Positions 28,685 to 40,920 of a stretch of DNA of 64,000 nt are shown in pieces. The stretch spans positions 12,602,177 through 12,666,176 of the forward strand of contig NC_068989.1 in NCBI RefSeq assembly GCF_001194135.2, read 5' to 3'. This DNA comes from Octopus bimaculoides (taxonomy: Eukaryota). The position numbers were made by a program, and so were the translations under genes. Within the stretch, counting starts at the first letter, position 1, and the number at the start of each line of letters is the position of its first letter. The notes below the pieces were generated by a model. That model saw only the letters and a list, made by a program, of their open reading frames with translations. It made no database searches and was not told the origin of the DNA.

Positions 28685-28888
28685 ATTTTTGGCACAATGC
28701 CACCAATTTTAGATTAGAGAGTAAGTCGATTCTTTCGACCCCAATGCTCAACTGGTAATTATTTTATCGATCCCAAAATTAGTAAAAGCAATTCGATCTC
28801 GGCGGAATTTGAACTCACAACCTGAAGACAGATTAAACACCGTAAAGAATTTTGTCAGGCGTGCTAACGTTTCTGCCAGCTCGTCAGA
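28685..28888 (-). mobile_element. SINE family A
   Basis: gtaagtcgattctttcgacccc...ctcggcggaatttgaactcac...cgtgctaacgtttctgccagctcg. Confidence 0.85.
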
Positions 28889-29034
28889 TTAAAAGCCAAC
28901 ATAATAGTGTTCACACAAGGCATTGCTCGAACGGACACATACGGACATACACACAAACCAATTCTTAAAACTCATGGAGACATAAAAATATATAAATGAA
29001 ACTGCATGCATGCTGGATTAAATATGTCGACTTG

Positions 29035-29195
29035 TATGGCATGGCTGTTTGGTTAGAAACTCACTTTGCAACAAAAGTCCTTCGGGTTCTGTCTCATGCC
29101 GTGGTATCTCTGGCAAAATGTCTTCCGCTCTAATCCTAGGATAATTGCTTTGTGAGTCTATTTGACGGAATTTGTGCGGAAGCCCGTCTTATACA
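29035..29195 (+). mobile_element. SINE family C 5' half, degenerate
   Basis: catggctgtttggttagaa...gggttctgtctcatgccgtggtatctctggcaaaatgtcttcc...ttgtgagt...ggaagcccgtc. Confidence 0.6.
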
Positions 29196-29546
29196 CACAA
29201 AAGACATATAAGACTATATTGTCGTAAAGGTCAGATGAGGATTCCGCAACTAATTGGTGAACGATCTGCAAATGGGATTTCTTTATATCTGTTCAGCATA
29301 CGCTGATTTACCCCCACCAAATCGAAATTACTTCTATAGCTGTACGGTGTTCTAAACGCCAAATGTTGAGGTGGTCATAGAGTAACTTGAAATGATGTGC
29401 ATTGCTCAAGAGCACTGCGCTCCAATCGGTCCGAGAATCAAAACCAAGTATTGTGATCAGGAAGACAAAACGTAATACCTTGTCCGACACATGCGCTCGC
29501 AGCCACACACACACACACAGAAACATACCCTCACCCACACAAACAT

Positions 29547-29688
29547 ACACACACATATAAATACACACAAATATAAATACACACACATATAAATACACAC
29601 ACATATAAATACACACACATATAAATACACACACATATAAATACACACACATATAAATACACACACATATAAATACACACACATATAT
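29547..29688. repeat. 16-bp minisatellite (acatataaatacacac)x~9
   Basis: Direct reading; the ORF track shows a 16-aa periodicity, equal to 3 units. Confidence 0.9.
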
Positions 29689-30730
29689 ACATGAAATCGT
29701 GCATGCAACAACATATGCACTGTCGCGCATACATGCTAATTTGTAACAAATGTATTATTAGATAAATACGTTGGCGGAACCTTGTTTGATATTCCCGGTG
29801 TTACTCCAGAATGTCTGTAAGAGCATGACTTGGAACAAATAAAAGAATAAGAGAATTCATATTCGGGACATTCAAGTGGAAAGAAAAAAGAACAGAACAA
29901 AGTTAGACATTCTCATGGATTATCTACCGTTCACTTTCATTCCTCAACTAATTCGCAGATACATGCCGGTACATGCCAAACATACACACGCGTATGTGCG
30001 CACGCATACGAACACGTGGCAACTGTGACTCAAAAGAAATCATAGGATTGGTCAACCGACTTGGTAGAAATAGATGCAAAAATCACCCTCAAATCAACCG
30101 TAAGCTATTATATAATAATAAGCTAGATAATGTGATTGTGGATAGTCACGGGTGGAATGTGTTTCATCTCAGGCCTGCACGATGAGATCTGAGCAAAAGC
30201 TAAACACAAAAGCAACAATACACAAAGATGTAAACAGAGAAATCAAAACCATGCACACACACACACATGCATGTATAAATGTACGTTTATGTATAAACGT
30301 ACGTTTATGTATATATACGTACGTACATATGTATGTATGAATGTATGTATGAACGTATGGGTATATATGTGTGAATGAGTGAAAGTGCGTACGTTAGCAC
30401 GTAAGCGTGTTATGATATATCGATACATCTGTGTGCCAGAATGTCTGTTTGTGTACGTATGTGTGTATTTATGCGCTTGTGTCTAATCGCATTTGCAGAG
30501 TAATAAAAGTGAGACAGAGGGAATGATTGATAATTAGATGGGTATGGTGGTAATTACTTTTCTATTTTGATATTATCTGAAGGTCTGAATTGTTATATTT
30601 ATGTAATTTTCTGGTTCAAACTGCATCGCTGTTCTGTGAAGATGAAATAACTTGGCACAGCATATAGTTTGCCTCTGCACTCAAACATATATATATATTG
30701 AATATTGAGAAACATGCATTTATCTCTCTC

Positions 30731-30762
<32 letters not shown>

Positions 30763-31973
30763 CATGTATGTATGTATGAATGTATGTAAGCATGCAAGCA
30801 CATACATATAAATATATTTATGTCTATATATATATATATATATNNNNNNNNNNNNNNNNNNNNNNNNNNNNNNNNNNNNNNNNNNNNNNNNNNNNNNNNN
30901 NNNNNNNNNNNNNNNNNNNNNNNNNNNNNNNNNNNNNNNNNNNNNNNNNNNNNNNNNNNNNNNNNNNNNNNNNNNNNNNNNNNNNNNNNNNNNNNNNNNN
31001 NNNNNNNNNNNNNNNNNNNNNNNNNNNNNNNNNNNNNNNNNNNNNNNNNNNNNNNNNNNNNNNNNNNNNNNNNNNATATATATATATATATATACGTTTG
31101 CGTATATATATGTACAGAGGAAGAGAGATAGAGACAGGGAGGGAAAGATGAAGACAGGGAGAGTGGTAAATTCATAGATAGAGACTCACAATGATGTCTA
31201 AGAAATGGAATAATCGGGTAGCATTGTGTTTAATGGGTAGTGCTAAAAATAAATTCAATCTTTTCTGCTTGGTATCACAGTAATGCATTGTGAGATAAAG
31301 AGATATGTGGTTCAGAGATAGCTGTTATTCTCATTCGGAGCCAATACTTGCTCTTCATGGAAGGTGTAATAATCACCTACCTGCTCTTTATGGCGCCATC
31401 TATGTATTATGCATCGTCAACCATAGCCTCTTGCTTAGTCTTCCGTATTTCCACTTAGTATATCAATTTATGTGTAGGTTATGCATTGCTATTTCTGATA
31501 ATGCCTCAGTGTAATCAAATATATTATTTCTCTTAGACAGTGAGCAATGTAAATTAGCGTGCTAGGTCCTTGTGCAGAGAGATATCTAGCTGTCCATAAT
31601 ATTTAGTTAAACCTCACTTCATTAATGTTTCTCAGTTATTTTTAAAAATGAATGAACGCCACAAATTCGCACAAAATCATACACGATGCATAAATACATA
31701 TATACATACATATACACAGATAAATGGACGTTTCTTAATAATCATTATGTGTATGTTTGAGTGCAGAAGCAAATTATATACAGAACCATTTTCATTCAAA
31801 TTCACAGAATAGTGACGCGGTTTGAACCGGAAAATTACATAAATGTAACATTTCAGATCTTCAATTCTTTAGTTCTTAGTTTCTATTAGCAATTACCTCT
31901 GCGCATGTGACAGAACATCACATATTTTACATTATCATATGTTACTCCTGTTTTTGTTGCTCTTTGTTTCCAG

Positions 31974-32075
31974 CTATGGTATATTGGGCATCCTTACTAC
32001 CAAAAGTTTTACAATCTTCACCACTCCATCTTTTTGTCCAGATATAGTGCACAATACAAACTTTATGAAGACTAG
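31974..32075 (+). CDS. Candidate exon after a strong acceptor (LWYIGHPYYQKFYNLHHSIFLSRYSAQYKLYED* in one frame)
   Basis: Long pyrimidine tract ttactcctgtttttgttgctctttgtttccag|. A second frame stays open to the gap at 32271. No family recognised. Confidence 0.3.
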   Translation, partial: LWYIGHPYYQKFYNLHHSIFLSRYSAQYKLYED

Positions 32076-33883
32076 ATTTTCAATTGGTGTAACCTGTTTG
32101 CTTACATCTATTAAGGTTGGCGCTCCTGCCAAGTGTCTGTTTAGCTTGCTCAGCAAATTTCCATATATGTATAAATATACATACCCCTCCACACACAAAA
32201 TTGGAGAGGAACCGACCTGTCTTTTTAACATGTTTTCTCTTAAATTCTTAAATATATCTCCTTCTGTATANNNNNNNNNNNNNNNNNNNNNNNNNNNNNN
32301 NNNNNNNNNNNNNNNNNNNNNNNNNNNNNNNNNNNNNNNNNNNNNNNNNNNNNNNNNNNNNNNNNNNNNNNNNNNNNNNNNNNNNNNNNNNNNNNNNNNN
32401 NNNNNNNNNNNNNNNNNNNNNNNNNNNNNNNNNNNNNNNNNNNNNNNNNNNNNNNNNNNNNNNNNNNNNNNNNNNNNNNNNNNNNNNNNNNNNNNNNNNN
32501 NNNNNNNNNNNNNNNNNNNNNNNNNNNNNNNNNNNNNNNNNNNNNNNNNNNNNNNNNNNNNNNNNNNNNNNNNNNNNNNNNNNNNNNNNNNNNNNNNNNN
32601 NNNNNNNNNNNNNNNNNNNNNNNNNNNNNNNNNNNNNNNNNNNNNNNNNNNNNNNNNNNNNNNNNNNNNNNNNNNNNNNNNNNNNNNNNNNNNNNNNNNN
32701 NNNNNNNNNNNNNNNNNNNNNNNNNNNNNNNNNNNNNNNNNNNNNNNNNNNCCGCAACTCGCATAGGCAAGTTGTCTATGTGAGTTGCGAGTAACTGATA
32801 TCTGTTGGAGTTTCAGCATTTTTAGCTGCTATTTCTGAACTTCGGTATGTGGTAAAGCAACCTGTTCCTGATCCCTTATTTTTGTTTATATATATATATA
32901 TATATATATATACTACCAAGCCAACATGATTTTTATTGAACTCCCAATACTTTTATTGACTTGTAAACTGTTTCTAACATTTTCTTATTATTATCAAAGA
33001 ATGTATATATGTATTTTAATACTTTTGTGACAACCAGTACTTAATACAACAAAGCTTATACAAAGCTTTACATAAGTGAATAAAATCTTTAAAATTGCAT
33101 TTTCAAACCTTCTTTCATATAAATAAATATATATATATATATGTGTGTTTGTGTGTGTGTGTGTGTGTGTATGTATATATTTATATGAGTCGAAAAACGA
33201 AATGCAAATGTACTCAACTCATGCAGTAAGAGTTACATATGCTATTCTTTCAAACAAACATTTCGATTATTGATTCGGTAATATGGGCATGAACGAGCTA
33301 TGTTTCTGTAAGAAGCTTGCGAAACTTTAAGTCGCATAGAGCCGAATCCAACTGTTTGAAATAATAACTTATACACGCGCGCGCACGCACACATTCACAT
33401 ACACATATCCACATGTATATATATATANNNNNNNNNNNNNNNNNNNNNNNNNNNNNNNNNNNNNNNNNNNNNNNNNNNNNNNNNNNNNNNNNNNNNNNNN
33501 NNNNNNNNNNNNNNNNNNNNNNNNNNNNNNNNNNNNNNNNNNNNNNNNNNNNNNNNNNNNNNNNNNNNNNNNNNNNNNNNNNNNNNNNNNNNNNNNNNNN
33601 NNNNNNNNNNNNNNNNNNNNNNNNNNNNNNNNNNNNNNNNNNNNNNNNNNNNNNNNNNNNNNNNNNNNNNNNNNNNNNNNNNNNNNNNNNNNNNNNNNNN
33701 NNNNNNNNNNNNNNNNNNNNNNNNNNNNNNNNNNNNNNNNNNNNNNNNNNNNNNNNNNNNNNNNNNNNNNNNNNNNNNNNNNNNNNNNNNNNNNNNNNNN
33801 NNNNNNNNNNNNNNNNNNNNNNNNNNNNNNNNNNNNNNNNNNNNNNNNNNNNNNNNNATATATATATATATATATGTATATAT

Positions 33884-33914
<31 letters not shown>

Positions 33915-34173
33915 CATAAATGCTTGTTCGGATATTGACTCGTGTATCAAAGGTTTAGCAAATACTGAAAAAACGTCGAGCTAAACACCATGCAAATTTA
34001 TGGTCAAAATCCAGTCAGTTATTCCTTTACCATTTGACATCTGACATTCAGCCTCATAAAATGTAATTTCTTCTATGCGTAATACGTCAACAGAAATAGA
34101 AAAAAAACTTGAACAATAAAAAAAGATTTCTTTTACAATTTTTCCTCTCTACTTCATCGTATATTAAACTGCA

Positions 34174-34174
<1 letters not shown>

Positions 34175-34239
<65 letters not shown>

Positions 34240-34240
34240 A

Positions 34241-34333
<93 letters not shown>

Positions 34334-34335
34334 CA

Positions 34336-34365
<30 letters not shown>
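34175..34365. repeat. (CTAT)n followed by (CTGT)n
   Basis: Direct reading. Confidence 0.98.
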
Positions 34366-34367
<2 letters not shown>

Positions 34368-37190
34368 CACACACACATACATATATGGATAGAAATATAG
34401 TGAAACAGTTGAACTATAGATAGAGTGTATGAGAGAGAGAGTGACGAAATCACATACGAATTTGAGAAATGAGCTAAAGCATTCTGCTCACTTTTAGACA
34501 CACGCTTATATGAAGAATCACGCATTGGATGTTTAGTTAATGTGTTGAGACTTACTGCACATGGGATATCTCTGTTCCATATCCGTGTATCCGTATATAT
34601 ACCAGAGCCATAACACCTACAGAAGAAAAATATATTCCTTGAATTTTAGGACAGCACGTGTAGAACTTGGCATAAATGTTGGCGTTATAGAGCTCAATTG
34701 GCAAGAATTAATGATGTTATATATTGAGGAGACATGAATTATTGAATATTAAATTGAAGTGTTTAGAACATGTCGAGAATGGCATTAATTTTCCAGGAAA
34801 TTTCTTGGTTTTCCTATTGAGGAGAAGTTCAATATAATTTCAGGAATAGACATAGTTAAGTGGATGTCATCACGGTTGCTATAATCAAGGAACGATTACT
34901 GTTTCTCATAGGGAACTAACTAGATAATCAGTAGTTTAAAGTCGCAAGAGCTTAGCTATTTCTAGGAAGTTGGATTGGTCGGTAGGTTTTGTCTTTGCCT
35001 TGAACATTGCTTACTGTTAGTATCAGGATTCTAACCTCTTCGCTATTTTTTAAAATTTATATCTTAATCAAGAGGGAATATATGCCTTCCTATTAACCTA
35101 TACTTTCTAAATTTTTCCAATTATTTTCTTTCAGATAAATCACAATATATGTATTAATATCAATTGGTTATTACGTTGTTTTTTTTTTATCAGCACTCGA
35201 ATGGCAAATATCAATGCCCTGCTTGCTATAATTAGAAGAGAAAGCGCAAATTTTGCCACGAAATAATACTCATTTTAGAAGAGTTTATTAGCCTGATATG
35301 TATTTCTACAGAAACAAAATCTATTGTCACTGACCATATGATGAGAACCATCTTTGACATGAGAACAGGTTTTCTCTGTAGTATATTTCATAAATGTTAG
35401 AGAAAATCAATGAATTCCACAGATAATCGTGTAATAAGTATGCTATTTCCCCGAACCATATCAGTTATTATCCAAATAAATCAGCAATATCTCATGGATG
35501 AATTAATACTATACAACATCCAGTAATGACATATATTTGAACAAACATAACCTCTTCTATTTTGCGAGAGAAAAGTAATGATTTACTTAATATTCATGAA
35601 TTTCCTACTTTCAGCTACATTGTTAAGAGATAATACCGTGTCCTTCAATTTGCATAAGACTCACCTATGGCTTTTGGGCCCTATGTAAAAATCGAACGTC
35701 GGATATTGATTATTTTCAATGAGACAAGGTTATATTTATAGAAATATACATTGTTTAGTCAAATATATTGACATTTGTAACTGACTGGTACTTAAATCGA
35801 CCGATATCGTCTTTTTCTTCCGAAGCAATTTCTTCTTCAGCAGAATGCTCCCGTATAGTATAAGATTATACGATTAATATAATATGTTTTAAGAAAGCAT
35901 TAGTTATACACTGCTGCGTATACGACCTTCTAATATATATGAAAAGTAGAATCACATAGTTATTTAGTATTCGACTATTTACCTATACTAAACCGATGAG
36001 AGGGTTTAATCCATTGATATCTTTTCCATATTAGTTCTTCGTTACACCTTTGAACTGGTTTCTTTCAGGTTTTTACACCGCGAAATTCGCGAACGGTTTT
36101 GAATATCAAAAACAATAATCAACAATATAGTTTATACGATTTATACGATACTATACTAAAGAAACGTGTTTATACTTCAACAGAATTTAATTTAAATATC
36201 ATACTTTAACATAACATACAATATCAGTAATCTTTTCCGTACTACCAATCTTTGATATTTATATTAGTTATTTATTACACATAATTCGAAATTGAGATAA
36301 TGACGGTTGTAACATTTTAATAAATCTAAGTCTTTAAATTTTCGAATCGTTAGAAAATACATATTTTATTAAATCTTAAAATCCAAATAATTTGTCGTCA
36401 AAAGGCAAATTATATTGATTTTTCTCGACTAGGTAAAAGACCTGTGTTGAACGGGACTATAATTAATCGAAGCAACAGAATGAAAGAAATAAAATAAATA
36501 TATTTAAAAAAATGAAGATAAAGAAAAAATAATTTTGTCTCAATCAAAGAACTGGTTAAAAATGTGTTAATGAAAGTTTAGATTTAAAATTACATTAAAT
36601 GCCTTTTTTTTAATGCAAAGTTTTCAGATAAAGAAATATCTTTCCTTCACCTGAGTTAATGCGTAATTATAAATGGCATTTATCACAGGTGAAATTGAAG
36701 TGATTGAGTTTTCTGGATGTAGCTTTTAAATTGCCAATAGCTATCTAGATGCGATGCATGTTTGGGTCAGGATAATGTAAAGGTGAGATCAAATCTCAGT
36801 GAATGAGTTGCAGAGAGATTAAAATTATACCATTACTGCATGATCCATTATTAGTGAAGGCGTATATGAATTATTGATGGATTAGGAGATAATTCAGAAA
36901 AAATAAAAAATTCTCTTGCACATTTTGGCTGGCTTCTCCCTCTTTATTGGTTTATTCTCATTTAATTTGTGTTTCATTTCAGGCAATTATAATTTATTTT
37001 CCAATTTTCATTTGGATTTATGTGTTTCTTTTTTTTAAAAAAAAATACATTGATAATTTTATGGGAAAAGAATGTTGTATCGATATTGAACGTAGGCCAT
37101 TGGTTATTAAAATTCAAACGAGTAGCATCGAGTTTATAAGAAGATCCTTCCACTATTCCCCTCCAAAAAGTAAATTGTAGAAAAATATTA

Positions 37191-37240
37191 CATATAATAA
37201 AATATTACATATAATAAAATATTACATATAACAAAATATA
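37191..37240. repeat. 17-bp tandem repeat (aaaatattacatataat)x3
   Basis: Direct reading. Confidence 0.85.
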
Positions 37241-38082
37241 GTTCATTTGCATGAATAAAGACGACAAAAACACGAACAATAACAGCAACAAAAATATAAA
37301 TCATTCTAATAGTGGTAAATCGATAAAATGGTGAAAATTCAGAGGAAAAAAAATAAATAAAAATTAGATGGAGATATGATATTGTGTAAGCGAGATATTT
37401 GGTTGAAACGAAATGCAATTGAAACTACGGTATTAATAAGGAGGTAATATTCGTTACACGCTGTGATAATGATTAATAGTAAAATATTTGCTTTGCAATT
37501 AGATTGGAAAATAATACCGTTATATTAACGGTGACGGCATCGTCAGCAACAACAACAACAACGACGATGTTAGCAGCAGCAACAACAATAGTGATAGAGA
37601 ATGTATACAACCACAATAACAAGAACAGCATAAATAACAGCAGTAAAATATTCTACATGAACAACGTAACCCACTGTGCTGACATCATTATTATCACTGA
37701 CAACAACAACAATAAAATGAACAAAAAACATGCATCGTAGCGGTGGGGGATCTCCGTCGTTGGCCTATGAGGATTAAATTGTTTGATCGTTTACATTACA
37801 TCTAACTGAACTTACGTGGAACTGGCTGAACTTTCTACAGACACGTACCACCTTAACGTAATTCTGAGGTAGAATGAGCATAGCATGGTATAAGAAATAA
37901 ACTGACCCGTTTAGAATTACTGGTACAATCAAGGCAGCATGCTTGCTTCCATGCACTTTCTGTGAATCCAGCTTCACTAAAGATTTATGGGTGCAGCGGG
38001 GGCAATAAGATATAATATTTGTTCAAGGTGCCACGCAGTAGGATGGAAACTACAATTTTTTCGGTATCATTCGGTCATACTA

Positions 38083-38236
38083 CGCCTACGTGGCTGTCAG
38101 GTAAGAAGCTTGCTTCTCAACCACATGGTCCTGGGGTCAGTGGCATTGCGTGGTATCTTGGGAATATTCCTCTACCAAGGCCTTGCAAGTTGATTTGGTA
38201 GACGGAGACTCAAAGAAACCCATCGTATATATGCAT

Positions 38237-38245
<9 letters not shown>
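38083..38245 (+). mobile_element. SINE family C 5' half running into microsatellite and gap
   Basis: gtggctgtcaggtaagaagcttgcttctcaaccacatggtcctgggg...gatttggtagacggagactcaaagaaacccatcg. Confidence 0.8.
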
Positions 38246-38279
<34 letters not shown>

Positions 38280-38480
38280 TATATTAGTGTGTGTGTATGT
38301 ATGTATGTATGTATGTATGTATGTATGTATATATATATATNNNNNNNNNNNNNNNNNNNNNNNNNNNNNNNNNNNNNNNNNNNNNNNNNNNNNNNNNNNN
38401 NNNNNNNNNNNNNNNNNNNNNNNNNNNNNNNNNNNNNNNNNNNNNNNNNNNNNNNNNNNNNNNNACACACACACATATAA

Positions 38481-38518
<38 letters not shown>

Positions 38519-38564
38519 TTGTGTGTGTGTATGTGTGTGTGTGTGTGCGTGTGTGTGTGTATCT

Positions 38565-38705
38565 CAAATAGTACTTACTTTATCGTCCTCGAAAGAATAC
38601 ACAGACTAAATCGACTCAAGAGGCATTTGAAGAACGCTTACACGGATGAAATGTTTCTAAGCACTTTACTCGGTGTGCTAATAATTCTGTCAGCTCTCCG
38701 CCTAG
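38565..38705 (-). mobile_element. SINE family A, degenerate
   Basis: Minus strand reads ggcggagagctgacagaattattagcacaccgagtaaagtgcttag...ctttcgaggacgataaagtaagtact. Confidence 0.7.
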
Positions 38706-38940
38706 CCATATTTATATATACTATCACTATAAGAACAGTGACGATATGTACAACTAGAATAATAGCAACGTTAGCAGGTGTACACATGTATTGCCCCCAT
38801 GACAATACTAACTATTACAACAATATTCACAATTATAATAATAACAACAGCCGCAAACACAAATTGCCACCATGGTAATAAGAACAAAACAGTAAAAATT
38901 TACAGAACTGCAGCAATAACACTGACACAAACAATAATCC

Positions 38941-39143
38941 GTCCTTCTAAAGAAACAAGGGCTGAAATTTAGGGGAAGAGGTTAAGTCGATTACATCGAC
39001 GATAGTACTTAACTGCTACTTATTTTATCGATCTCGAAAAGCAAATCCAGTCTCGCGGTATTTGAACTCAGACCGTAAAGACGGACGAAATGCCGCCAAG
39101 CATTTTTTTCCGTCCTGCTAACGATTCTGCAAAATCAACGCCT
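38941..39143 (-). mobile_element. SINE family A
   Basis: ggttaagtcgattacatcgac...gtatttgaactcagaccgtaaagacggacgaaatgccgccaagc...gctaacgattctgc. Confidence 0.85.
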
Positions 39144-39205
39144 TATTGGCAAAAACAATAATAATGATAACAGCCAAAGCAACTAAGAATCCGGAACAAA
39201 TGCAA

Positions 39206-39366
39206 CAGTGTTTACATTTTTTACATTTGACGGACATTTGTTCTCATCTTGTTAGTTGTTAACACAGCGTTTCGGCTGATATACCCTCCAGCCTTCTTTA
39301 GGTGTCCTGAGGAAATTTCTAACCTGGGTTCTCATTTCTGAGGTATATTTCGATGATATTATTATT
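39206..39366 (-). mobile_element. Inverted, head-less copy of the family D body
   Basis: 39221-39366 is the ungapped reverse complement of 39542-39687, with ~23 mismatches in 146 nt by manual alignment. Confidence 0.88.
39262..39305 (-). ncRNA. Minimal type-I hammerhead ribozyme-like motif (degenerate copy)
   Basis: Minus strand ACAC-CTAAAGA-A-GGCTG(gagggtatat)CAGCC-GAAAC-GCT-GTGT. Stems I and II are intact; G5>A and U16.1>C. Confidence 0.6.
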
Positions 39367-39377
39367 ATCATTTATTA

Positions 39378-39452
<75 letters not shown>
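39361..39452. repeat. (ATT)n tract inside the family D inverted structure
   Basis: Direct reading. Confidence 0.97.
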
Positions 39453-39453
<1 letters not shown>

Positions 39454-39464
39454 GCCATATGCCC

Positions 39465-39735
39465 GTCGGCATATGGTGTAGTGGTTAAGAGCGCGGGTTA
39501 GTAACCCCAAGATTCCAAGTTCGATTCCAGGCAGTGACATGAATAATAATAACATCGGAAAATACATTGAGAATGAGAACCCAGGTTCGAAATTTCCACA
39601 GGACAGCTGAAGAAGGCTGGAGTGTATAGCAGCCGAAACTTTGTGTTAGCAGCAAACAGGATGAGGACAAATATCCATCAAATGTAAATATTGTAAATAA
39701 TGTACATAATTCCTTATCTCTCAAATATAGAATTG
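39465..39735 (+). mobile_element. tRNA-headed element, family D, carrying a hammerhead-like motif (Penelope pLTR-like body)
   Basis: Head gtcggcatatggtgtagtggttaagagcgcgggttagtaaccccaagattccaagttcgattccaggcagtgac (A box tggtgtagtgg, B box gttcgattcc). Body contains ctgaaga-a-ggctg...cagcc-gaaac. A homologous head fragment lies at ~48956-49011. Confidence 0.8.
39603..39646 (+). ncRNA. Minimal type-I hammerhead ribozyme-like motif (degenerate copy)
   Basis: ACAG-CTGAAGA-A-GGCTG(gagtgtatag)CAGCC-GAAAC-TTT-GTGT. Core and helix II are intact; one stem I change and G16.2>T. Confidence 0.65.
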
Positions 39736-40274
39736 TAAGTGCAACAATATCGGGACAGGAAACTCTAAGCAGCTGTTCATCCTTCTAGCAATGATAGCCA
39801 AATGCCTCTTAAAATGCATTGTAAGTTTTCAAACCAGAGAAGGGTCTTAGGCGTGTACACAACATGGCTGAATTATGAAGTTCGCAATTGTCACGATCTG
39901 GGCATGGTACATTTGCATAGCATCAATGATAATTGATTCTGATCATTGCCTTGGGTTAACGCATGCCTAGTGATGGAAAACTGGTCGGCGTAAATTGAGC
40001 GGAAGCCGTTTGAGTAGAGTGTAGCGGTAATTAAAAGATCACGTCACGCACTGCTTCATGTTGATTATACACGAGAACTATTTAAACGGTATACGTGTCT
40101 ATGGAATATTCAGCGTTATGGGATATTCAGCGATAAGTGGATGAGTTGGTAATACAGATATCCGAAGACCCCGAATTATCATCGTTCAAAAGTATAAGGA
40201 TGCATTTTACTGGTTTACTAGTTATAAGAATATGATATCAGGAAAATATCTTTAGGATGTTGTTATGTCTGAAA

Positions 40275-40659
40275 GCGGAGGCGCAATGGGACAGTGGTTA
40301 GGGCAGCGGACTCGCGGTCGCAGGATCGCAATTTCGATTCCCAGACCGGGTTTGTGAGTGTTTATTGAGCGAAAACACCTAAAGCTCCATGAGGCTCCGG
40401 CAGGGGATGGTGGCGAACCCTGCTGTACTCTTTCACCACAACTTTCTCTCACTCTTACTTCCTGTTTCTGTTGTGCCTGTAATTCAAAGGGTCAGCCTTG
40501 CCACACTGTGTCACGCTGAATATCCCCGAGAACTACGTTAAGGGTACACGTGTCTGTGGAGTGCTCAGTCACTTGCACGTTAATTTTACGAGCAGGCTGT
40601 TCCGTTGATCGGATCAACTGGGACCCTCGACGTCGTAAGCGACGGAGTGCCAACAACAG
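40275..40659 (+). mobile_element. SINE family B, full length with 9-bp TSD
   Basis: tRNA-like head gcggaggcgcaatgggacagtggttagggcagcgg...tttcgattccc. TSD tgtctgaaa at 40266-40274 and 40660-40668. Confidence 0.92.
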
Positions 40660-40920
40660 TGTCTGAAATCCCTTGATCAAAGTCATTATGCAATCATGTC
40701 AAGCTGATAAAATAACATTTGGTAATAAACAGCAACTAGAAAAATTAAAACAAAAATCTACGACTGAATCGACGGAGAAATGTACCAACTTCGAGAAACA
40801 GATTAACTGCAGCAATGATATCATAGGTTGTAATAGCTACGCCTATATTTTGCAAATTACAATAAAAAGTCAACAGTAATGGCATTTGCAGTTTTAACAA
40901 CTACAAGATCAATAAGATTC

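Noticed and set aside
29547-29688. CRISPR-like array or coding repeat
   Set aside because: Direct tandem 16-mers without spacers in a eukaryotic context; a minisatellite derived from CA/TA.
31300-31460. Hydrophobic TM-like reading frame
   Set aside because: No usable in-frame acceptor; stops on both sides.
38570-38585. Minus-strand gtaagt donor
   Set aside because: It lies inside a family A SINE core, so it is not evidence of an exon.
39465-39538. Functional tRNA gene (also the heads at 40275 and 59475)
   Set aside because: The acceptor stem is incomplete, there is no oligo-T terminator, and the heads are followed by SINE bodies.
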